From an uncultured Methylomirabilota bacterium (GTDB lineage Bacteria > Methylomirabilota > Methylomirabilia > Methylomirabilales > 2-02-FULL-66-22), in contig CAWJSJ010000002.1 in assembly GCA_963845565.1 (NCBI GenBank), positions 1,152,001 through 1,216,000 of the forward strand: DNA of 64,000 nt, in the 5' to 3' direction. The position numbers and the translations under genes were made by a program. Positions within the stretch are counted from its first letter, which is position 1; each line of letters begins with the position of its first letter. Under the pieces are notes generated by a model. It had not been told where the DNA came from, ran no database searches, and was given only the letters and a program-made list of their open reading frames with translations. Below, piece by piece: positions 1-8,009 of this stretch.

Positions 1-155
1 TGATGAACGACGCACTCAAGGCCTACGTGACTGGCAAGGCGGGGGAAGCGCTCACGGAATCTACCTTGCGACGAATCATCCGTGAAGTGATTCCGGCGCG
101 TGCAAGATCGGTTCAGCGTTCGGTCGCGCGGAGCGCCAAGCGCCGCGTGGCGTAG
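1..155 (+). CDS. C-terminal part of BrnA-like / ribbon-helix-helix type II antitoxin (5' truncated by window edge)
   Basis: Manual translation from nt 3: MNDALKAYVTGKAGEALTESTLRRIIREVIPARARSVQRSVARSAKRRVA*, TAG 153-155; resembles the (YQTL)MNDAL..Y...LRRIIREE tail of BrnA-type antitoxins. Confidence 0.55.
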   Translation, partial: MNDALKAYVTGKAGEALTESTLRRIIREVIPARARSVQRSVARSAKRRVA

Positions 156-185
156 CCAGGTACGGGGAGGCGCAGGACTCCCGTT

Positions 186-341
186 TTCCGGGAACACCAT
201 GCGGATTTGAGGAGCGAACCGAGGGGGCTGCTGAAGCCATGGCGCGCATTGCCCGGGTGGTCGCCCCCGGCTTCTCGCACCACATCACGCAGCGGGGGAA
301 CCAGCGGCACGACAGCGGAAATAAGTATGGTGTCCCCCGAA
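186..341 (+). mobile_element. MITE-like element copy 1: imperfect terminal inverted repeats enclosing the 5' end of a RAYT/IS200-like (Y1) transposase
   Basis: Left TTCCGGGAACACCATGCGGATTT (186-208) vs reverse complement of right AAATAAGTATGGTGTCCCCCGAA (319-341), 18/23 match; internal ATG 239 gives MARIARVVAPGFSHHITQRGNQR, typical REP-associated tyrosine transposase N-terminus. Confidence 0.7.
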
Positions 342-344
342 TTC

Positions 345-363
345 TTGAGCTTGGTCGTTTGCC
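345..363 (+). repeat. attC-like 3' half (L'-spacer-R') directly after MITE copy 1
   Basis: TTGAGC-TTGGTC-GTTTGCC; GTTTGCC matches 6/7 the reverse complement (GTTCGCC) of GGCGAAC at 961-967. Confidence 0.4.
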
Positions 364-381
364 TAAACGACGGAACCGCCT

Positions 382-410
382 TTGCACATGGCGCCCAACT
401 GTGGTAGAAA
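382..410 (+). promoter_or_regulatory. putative sigma70 promoter of TA module
   Basis: TTGCAC-17 nt-TAGAAA with TG upstream of -10; RBS GAGGAG ahead of ATG 440. Confidence 0.45.
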
Positions 411-439
411 TCCGTCATGACACGAGGAGCTATCAAGCC

Positions 440-664
440 ATGACCAGATCGCAAGCCCTGCTGGAGGAAGTCGAGTCACTGCCTATTGACGAGCGCTTGA
501 TGCTGGTTGACCAACTTCTTCGCTCTCTTCACGGCACCGGATCCGGAAATGATCGTAAGTGGTTGGCAGAGGCCAACAAGCGACTGCGCGATGTCAAAGC
601 CGGCCGGGTCAAGACAATTCCTGGACGCGAAGTTCTCGCCGAGGCGAGGCGTCGTCTCAAGTGA
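440..664 (+). CDS. addiction module antitoxin component (TIGR02574-like)
   Basis: MTRSQALLEEVESLPIDERLMLVDQLLRSL...W..E..KRL....AGRVKTIPG.EV; RBS; GTGA overlap with toxin. Confidence 0.85.
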   Translation: MTRSQALLEEVESLPIDERLMLVDQLLRSLHGTGSGNDRKWLAEANKRLRDVKAGRVKTIPGREVLAEARRRLK

Positions 665-957
665 GGCGGTTTGACTTCCATCCAGAGGCAAAAGCCGAAT
701 ACCTCGCCTCCATTGCCTACTATGACGACGAAAACATCGGTCTCGGGGCGGCGTTTGCGCAAGAAGTTGAAGATGCCATCCAGTTGATTCTCTCCTACCC
801 TTCAGCATGGCCGACTATGGGCGGCGACGTGCGGCGGTGTATGCTCGGAAGATTTCCTTACGGGATCATCTACACCACATTCGACGAGCGCATTTTGATC
901 ATAGCGGTCGCCCATGCAAAACGGGCACCCGGTTACTGGCAATCTCGGCAGAAATGA
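661..957 (+). CDS. RelE/ParE family type II toxin
   Basis: VRRFDFHPEAKAEY..SIAYY...GLG..F...RRC.L.RFPYGIIY....I.IIAVAH.KR.PGYW. Confidence 0.9.
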   Translation: MRRFDFHPEAKAEYLASIAYYDDENIGLGAAFAQEVEDAIQLILSYPSAWPTMGGDVRRCMLGRFPYGIIYTTFDERILIIAVAHAKRAPGYWQSRQK

Positions 958-960
958 AGA

Positions 961-1031
961 GGCGAACAACGCCATACACACGTATGGCGAGCCTGCGGCG
1001 GGTTCGCAAATCATGATGGCCGATGTTGGTC
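961..1031 (+). repeat. attC-like recombination site downstream of toxin
   Basis: GGCGAAC-5 nt-CATACAC...inner hairpin GCGAGCCTGC-G-GCGGGTTCGC...CATGATG-6 nt-GTTGGTC, starting 4 nt after toxin stop; R'' deviates from the RYYYAAC consensus. Confidence 0.5.
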
Positions 1032-1047
1032 CCCTCACCGCCTGCGT

Positions 1048-1191
1048 ATTCCAGGGATACCATACTGATTTGAGGAGCGAACCGGGGGCTGCTGAAGCCA
1101 TGGTGCGCATCGCTCCCCGCATCCCGCGCCACATCGTCCAGCGGGGAGACCGGCGGCACGGCAGCGGAAATGAGTGTGGCGTCCCCGGAAT
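1048..1191 (+). mobile_element. MITE-like element copy 2 (direct repeat of copy 1)
   Basis: ATTCCAGGGATACCATACTGATTT (1048-1071) vs reverse complement of AAATGAGTGTGGCGTCCCCGGAAT (1168-1191), 19/24; shared core GATTTGAGGAGCGAACCG..GGGGGCTGCTGAAGCCATGG; degraded MVRIAPRIPRHIVQRGDRR. Confidence 0.7.
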
Positions 1192-1601
1192 TCCAGGGGG
1201 CGAAGACGGAAAGAAACGAAAGAAGCTGGGTCCCCTAATATTCCCGCACGATCACGGCTAGACAGGCTGCCCCGGTGGCTTGGCTTCACCTTCAGCCTCC
1301 ACGCGACAAAAATGCCTTCGATCCAGGGCCCAGGTTCGCCCCGCTTGGGGAGCCAAGCCAGACTCGAGCTGTGCGCCTTTCCGGGTAAATAGAACGCGGG
1401 GCGCAGATACCTTTGTGGACTTCCCCGCCAATCCCCCATCCAAGATTCGCGCTGTTCAGACTCCTATCCGTTCGCTCAGTCTCAGGTGCCTACGCCACGA
1501 TACACTGGTGAGGCTAAGTCCTCGAAAACTGGGCCACCCGAATCTGGCCTGCTGGCTGCATCACCGTAGGGACAGCCGGATAGGCGGAAATGGAGGCTCT
1601 C

Positions 1602-1859
1602 ATGCGAACCATCGTGGTGTTGCTGATCGCGGCTCTCGTCCTGACCCCGACCCTGGCCCATGCGCAAGCGTCCGGGGCGGGCGGGTTGGGGCTCTTGGCC
1701 CTCGTGGCCCTCCCGGTGCTGGTGATCCTGCTCCTGGTCGAACTCGAAAAGAAAAACCCGAACTGGAGGGACGAAGCGACACGATCTCCGCTGCCGAGTC
1801 CGCCGTCCGAATCGCAGTCCTCGACCGCCCCGGTCCCGGCGGGTGGGAGCGGTCGCTGA
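1602..1859 (+). CDS. small secreted/membrane hypothetical protein
   Basis: GGAGG RBS, signal peptide ending AHA, second hydrophobic segment, Pro/Ser-rich tail. Confidence 0.6.
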   Translation: MRTIVVLLIAALVLTPTLAHAQASGAGGLGLLALVALPVLVILLLVELEKKNPNWRDEATRSPLPSPPSESQSSTAPVPAGGSGR

Positions 1860-2208
1860 GCCGAACTCTGGCTGTCCGGTTGGTGGTCGTCCTCGCAAGG
1901 CTGAAACATAGCCTCCCGCACGCATTTCGTAGCCGCCCCTGTCTTGATCTAGCGAGGGTGTTTGAGATTGACGACGCGCGAGCTTTTCGATACGTTTGCT
2001 CTCACGAACGTCTCGCCTTGGTTCCTACTTTGCTTCAGAGGGTGTTGTGGGGAAACCATATAACATCCCGACCGGCTCAGTGTTCTTCTCTCACCCGTTA
2101 ATCCTTCGATACTCGCTCCAATTCTGCGCATGGGGTGCTATGCGGACCCGATGCCGGAAAAAACCGTGTATGCGGAAACCGTAATGGCGTAGTTTGGATG
2201 GACAGGTG

Positions 2209-2814
2209 ATGCGAAGCCGGTTCAGTGACACCAACAGCTCGCAGGGGCCGAAGTATCTCTTCGAGTTCGCCCAGCGGGTTCTCGTCGAATGCCCGGGCTG
2301 TGGGCAATGCGCGGTTGTGGAATGCAAACGCGGGCTCGAGGGGACGCCTCGCCTCTCGTGCCCCCGTTGCTCCTTCACTACGCGAGGCTGGCCACCACCC
2401 TCGAATCTAGAGATGCGACGGTGCGCGCGCCGTCGCTGTGCCCGGTGCAACGACTGGCTGGGCAGGGCCCCCGTGCGTTTCCTGATGGGAAAGCGTGTTG
2501 TCGAGATTCTCTGCAGCTGTGGCGCGGTGTCGTTCGAACCTTGGCCGCGTGCCGCAATGCGCCTTGGAGAATCAACTGATCCATATTTCGGGCTGCCGCT
2601 TTGGCTGCGCACCGACGTGCGTGGCGAGACCCTGTGGGCGTACAACCGCGAGCATCTGTCCTTCCTCGACGCGTACGTGCGAGCGGCCCTGCGTCAGCGT
2701 GCGCCAAACTGGAATGCAAGCCTGACTAGTCGCCTCCCGCGCTGGATGAAGACCGCTTCCAGACGACAGGACGTGTTGAAAGCAATCGCGCGCATCGCCG
2801 CTCGAAAAGGCTAG
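2209..2814 (+). CDS. Cys-rich (zinc-ribbon) hypothetical protein
   Basis: Several CxxC motifs and C-terminal DPYFGLPLWL...LWAYNREHL..L..YV.A.LR....SRLP.WMK; start approximate. Confidence 0.75.
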   Translation: MRSRFSDTNSSQGPKYLFEFAQRVLVECPGCGQCAVVECKRGLEGTPRLSCPRCSFTTRGWPPPSNLEMRRCARRRCARCNDWLGRAPVRFLMGKRVVEILCSCGAVSFEPWPRAAMRLGESTDPYFGLPLWLRTDVRGETLWAYNREHLSFLDAYVRAALRQRAPNWNASLTSRLPRWMKTASRRQDVLKAIARIAARKG

Positions 2815-2850
2815 CAGTTCATGACCTTTAGCAAATAGGGAAAGAACGCC

Positions 2851-2938
2851 GCTCAACGTACCGTTGCGGCAGACGATTTTATCGGTCGGGCCTCCGCCCT
2901 CCCTCTGGCGTTCGCCGCTAACGCTAAACGCGTTAGGC
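2851..2938 (+). repeat. attC-like recombination site
   Basis: GCTCAAC (RYYYAAC)-5 nt-GTTGCGGC...GCCGCTAAC...GTTAGGC (GTTRRRY), downstream of ORF 2209-2814. Confidence 0.55.
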
Positions 2939-3071
2939 AACCCGGAGCGACGGTGTGTTTATGCGGCGTCACCCAAGTACGACCGGCCCGCGTCGCCTTT
3001 GCAACGGCGTAGTGAAATGCGTCCCCGCGGGGATCCGTGAAAGGCGGAGCTCCGAAGCCGCGAGGCGAAGA

Positions 3072-3971
3072 ATGCCAAGAATGCCGATGGACAAGTTTAG
3101 CAGGCTCATCGCAGCCCACGCTTTCGCCCGATTTCCGGAGTGGCGGCAACGCGTTCGCCGGGTTCCGTCCTCCGATGGGACCGTCGCTTTACTCCTGGAA
3201 CTTCCGGCACCAGCAGAAGCCCGGGTCGAGTGCGGTCTCTCGCTCAGCACCGAGGATCGCGAAATCACCATCTCCTTCGCCGCCTGGCATGAGCACCTGC
3301 AGGGAACGCGGCGGCACGAACGGCGTCCCGGGTCGCCGGAGGACAGGGCTCGCGCCGCCTGGCAGAGCGCGGAACAGTTCCTGGATGACCTCTGCGCCGA
3401 ACGGACAGTCGTTGCGTCGTGGTGGTTCGAGTCCCACTGGCGGAGCAGCCGGTGTGCGCCGGCGGGCTCGCCCCTGGAGGAGCCGGATCACTCCTACAGC
3501 AATCGCCGGCGCGTGCGGTCTTGGAAAGGCACGTTCAACGAAGACGTCCGAACCGACACCTTCGATACTATCGCACGGTTGCCCTGCCCGAGCTGTGGAG
3601 AGATCGACGGCGCACGGTGCGGGCAAGCCGTGAGGGGCACCCGCCGGTTCTGGTTCCGGGTCACGCGTTGCCCAGCGTGTGGGGCCGCGACCGAAGGGGA
3701 TGGCGGTCACTGCGCGCCGGAGGACCTGCGCCAACGCCTCCTGGCTGCCGAGGGGACCTGGGCTCCTGTGCTCAACGAGCCGGTGGATGACGAGTCCCGG
3801 GTCGTGCGCCTGGTGCGGAGGGTGCTCCTCATCGGGCAAGCGGAGGCCTTGGCCTTCGTTCGCGGAACAGCGGACGACCAGGTCCGCGGCACGCGCGCTG
3901 AGGGTGCGTGGGCCGTGGCACAGCTTGCGAGCGTAGGGCTTCGCGCGACAACCCGCCGGATTGACGCTTGA
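3072..3971 (+). CDS. hypothetical protein, apparently two-domain (C-terminal CPSC/CPAC zinc ribbon)
   Basis: ORF track 2955..3971; start uncertain. Confidence 0.55.
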   Translation: MPRMPMDKFSRLIAAHAFARFPEWRQRVRRVPSSDGTVALLLELPAPAEARVECGLSLSTEDREITISFAAWHEHLQGTRRHERRPGSPEDRARAAWQSAEQFLDDLCAERTVVASWWFESHWRSSRCAPAGSPLEEPDHSYSNRRRVRSWKGTFNEDVRTDTFDTIARLPCPSCGEIDGARCGQAVRGTRRFWFRVTRCPACGAATEGDGGHCAPEDLRQRLLAAEGTWAPVLNEPVDDESRVVRLVRRVLLIGQAEALAFVRGTADDQVRGTRAEGAWAVAQLASVGLRATTRRIDA

Positions 3972-4271
3972 CTCGGTCCATCATGTCCGGTGTATTGGCG
4001 CCGGGGACTTATCCATCCAGGAGCCTCTGTTTCGCCCGGCTTGGGGAGCCACGTCGGACTCGAACGCGCAGCAACAAGATTCCGTGTGGTGAATTTGCCA
4101 CCGTGTTCTAGTCGCGCCCATTTTTCGACCTGGTCGCATCGCGCAACTCTCTGTCAATACTCGCGAAGACGTGATCGTAACCATAACTCGGGTTCGAATC
4201 CCGATCGCTACGCGCTTGGGAGCTAGAGTTTCCGCCCGCCGGGTTCCCCGTTCCGGGCCCAGCATGATCTC

Positions 4272-4688
4272 TCAGTCCACCTGGTGCGCGGTGAGGAACA
4301 TGGCCTTTTCCAGGGCGGCGAAGAAGCGCTGGTAGGCCTCGGGGTCTTCGACCGGCGACATCTGTTGCTGGGCGTTGGCACGGACGACGACCTGCCCCGT
4401 GCCGCGCGGGGAAACGGTGACCGTCATCGTCAGGCCGGACTTGCTCGCCTTCACGACTCCCAGCGTCGCATCGGCTTTATCCACCCAGAATCCGAGGTCC
4501 GACAGGGTGGCGATGACGTCGCGAAGGGTTCGCTCCCGGTCGGCGGTATCCATGACCCGGGTCTGAATGCTGCGGGCGCGGAGCGTTTCCGTCTTGCTGT
4601 CCAGGACTCGTTCGTTCAGCCCGGCGCAGCCTGCGGCCAGGAGGCCGAGGGATATCCACAGTCCGACAACCGCGAATCTGGTCTTCAT
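4272..4688 (-). CDS. lipoprotein, hypothetical
   Basis: Lipobox LAAGC; QTR..DTAD...LGF.VD.A...LGVV.ASK; overlaps upstream gene (ATGA). Confidence 0.8.
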   Translation of the reverse strand: MKTRFAVVGLWISLGLLAAGCAGLNERVLDSKTETLRARSIQTRVMDTADRERTLRDVIATLSDLGFWVDKADATLGVVKASKSGLTMTVTVSPRGTGQVVVRANAQQQMSPVEDPEAYQRFFAALEKAMFLTAHQVD

Positions 4689-5260
4689 GATTCCCGAGCC
4701 TCCAAGGCGAGGGCCTTCGAGAGCCGATCGAAGGCCTCCTGGTAGACAGTGGCGTCCGCGATGATGTGCGGCGGACCGGGTCGGCCATCCGTGTGGCCGG
4801 TCTCTCGAAAGATGATTCGGACGGCGATGCGGTCTCCGTCCACGCCGATCTTTCGTGTGAAGACGCCCACCTCAATCCTCACCGGTTTGGCCTGGATCTT
4901 ATCGACGAGAAGCAAGGCCAACGGCGCCGTGTAGCCCCCTGCCAGGAGGCCCAAAGCGGCCGCGCCGACCGCAACCCGCTGCCCAGGCGTGAGCGAGTTC
5001 GCATCGCGCATCTTGGACCCCAGCACCACTCCCAGGCGGGAGGTCCCCTCATCGATCTGGAATCCCATGTCCTGGAGGAGGGCTGTGCAGGTCATCAGGA
5101 TCCGCTCCTCGTCCGCGGACTCGTAGTGCCTGGTCTGGAGCTGGCGCTGTGCCAGCATGTCCTCCGGCGACGTCAGCATCTGCGAGGCCGGGGCGGCACA
5201 TCCGGTCAGGAGGAGCAGTCCCAGAAGGATGGGAGCCGACTTGATAGGGTGCCGTGCCAT
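4685..5260 (-). CDS. lipoprotein, hypothetical (paralog of 4272-4688)
   Basis: Lipobox LLTGC; QTRHYESADEERIL...LQDMGFQID...LGVVLGSK. Confidence 0.8.
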   Translation of the reverse strand: MARHPIKSAPILLGLLLLTGCAAPASQMLTSPEDMLAQRQLQTRHYESADEERILMTCTALLQDMGFQIDEGTSRLGVVLGSKMRDANSLTPGQRVAVGAAALGLLAGGYTAPLALLLVDKIQAKPVRIEVGVFTRKIGVDGDRIAVRIIFRETGHTDGRPGPPHIIADATVYQEAFDRLSKALALEARES

Positions 5261-5271
5261 GGCCGCTTCCC

Positions 5272-5685
5272 TCAGAAGCGCGACGCGTGGTACGCGTAGT
5301 CGCGCACTCGTTTGTCGGCGTCAAACTTCACGATCACCGTGAGCGTCCGCTGGCTGACCGTGGCAGCACCCGCCTGCCGCGCATATCCCACCAGCACCAG
5401 TCCGGCGTACCCGGACTCATCCAGATACGCGCGCTCGGTCGCGATCCGGTCGTAGATCCAGACCTCGCGCCTCTGTTCGTCCGTGGTCACGATGTTGGGG
5501 GCGCCGAGCACCTCGGCCACGGCCGCCGCCGTCATACCTTTCTGGATCTCCCGCTGGACTGTTCCTACGGTCAGTCGCTTTTCGCCGATTTCCGACGGTG
5601 GCGTCACGATCTGCTGGTTCACACTGCACGCCGAGAGCGCCAGCATCGCCGCCCCGCCGATCAACCCGACCCCGAATGCTCGCAT
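5272..5685 (-). CDS. lipoprotein, SmpA/OmlA(BamE)-like fold
   Basis: Lipobox LSAC; IQKGMT...VAEVLGAPN.......EVWIYD...LTVIVKFD....V.DY. Confidence 0.75.
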   Translation of the reverse strand: MRAFGVGLIGGAAMLALSACSVNQQIVTPPSEIGEKRLTVGTVQREIQKGMTAAAVAEVLGAPNIVTTDEQRREVWIYDRIATERAYLDESGYAGLVLVGYARQAGAATVSQRTLTVIVKFDADKRVRDYAYHASRF

Positions 5686-6108
5686 GATATTTCCTCCGTC
5701 TTGACCCAGGTGTTTTTCCCTGCCTGACACGCACCCACGCCTAGCGAGTTCCGTGCCTACGGACGGACGAGGGTGTCGGCGGCGCACGGTGGGAATCATC
5801 CCAGGGATTCCGAAGGGTTACGCAATGCTGGGGCGCACTGCTCGGCAGCGCCTGTCAATCGGGCTGGACGGGGGGATGGCGTGGTGTCGAGGCGTCAAGG
5901 CGGAGAGAACCGGTGACAGACTTCCTGGGAGAAACTCAGACCGGGCGGCGAGGTTGCGGGTATGGATCAGCCGGATCGGCCTTCGAGTCCGTACTGCTTT
6001 TCATCTTGTTGTAGTGCGGGGCCCGCTGATTGATGCTGAGAGCCCCGGCGGCCTGAGTCCGGCCGGCGCCAGAGCGTCCCATGCGTCACAAAACGGCAAC
6101 GACGAGGC

Positions 6109-6146
6109 TTGAAAGCCTTTAGGGTACTGTGTATTATTCATACACA
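6109..6146 (+). promoter_or_regulatory. vapBC promoter with palindromic operator
   Basis: TTGAAA (6109-6114) and TATTAT (6132-6137); inverted repeat TGTGTAT-5 nt-ATACACA (6128-6146). Confidence 0.6.
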
Positions 6147-6161
6147 CGATGGAGGGACATC

Positions 6162-6353
6162 ATGCGGACGAATGTGGTGATTGACGACACGCTCATGTCT
6201 CGAGCACTCAAGTCCGGCGGATATCGCACCAAGCGGTCCGTCATCGAGGAAGGGTTGCGGTTGCTCGTGCATGTGAACAGCCAGAGGAAGCTTCGCAATC
6301 TGAAGGGCACGATCCGTTGGGAGGGCGATCTGGACTCGATGCGGAGGGACTGA
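6162..6353 (+). CDS. vapB: VapB-type antitoxin
   Basis: MRTNVVIDDTLM..AL...G.RTKR.VIEEGLRLLV...Q..LR.LKG.I.WEGDLD.MR. Confidence 0.85.
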   Translation: MRTNVVIDDTLMSRALKSGGYRTKRSVIEEGLRLLVHVNSQRKLRNLKGTIRWEGDLDSMRRD

Positions 6354-6354
6354 C

Positions 6355-6522
6355 ATGATTGTTGTCGATTCCTCGGCGTGGATCGGGTATTTCACGGATG
6401 GGCAACCGCTGATCGTCAGCAAGGTAGACCGGTGCCTCGAACAGGACTTGGTGGGAATTGGAGATCTGATCTACAGGGATTTCGATGTCATGGCTCCCCA
6501 CATCGGGTTGCGAATCGTGTAG
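6355..6522 (+). pseudogene. vapC: VapC PIN toxin with large in-frame internal deletion (55 aa left)
   Basis: Manual translation MIVVDSSAWIGYFTDGQPLIVSKVDRCLEQDLVGIGDLIYRDFDVMAPHIGLRIV*: PIN N-terminus fused directly to the C-terminal RDF motif. Confidence 0.8.
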
Positions 6523-6538
6523 GGTCTGTCCAGCCCAC

Positions 6539-7906
<1,368 letters not shown>

Positions 7907-7927
7907 CAAAAGGTCACCTCAATGCGA

Positions 7928-7969
7928 AACCGACAACCGACAACTGGCAACCGACAACCGATAACTTGG
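7928..7969. repeat. degenerate heptamer tandem repeat (AACCGAC)n
   Basis: AACCGAC AACCGAC AACTGGC AACCGAC AACCGAT AACTTGG between kinase and regulator. Confidence 0.8.
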
Positions 7970-8009
7970 CAATCCACCACGGACGAAGAAACCGCCGAGA
8001 CGCGGGGGC

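Noticed and set aside
239..664. 141-aa ORF as a transposase-antitoxin fusion protein
   Set aside because: The antitoxin has its own promoter and RBS at 440. The upstream in-frame part is the transposase stub running through non-coding sequence, probably by chance.
7928..7969. CRISPR array
   Set aside because: Units are 7 nt with no spacers; no cas genes or 25-40 nt spaced repeats anywhere in the window.
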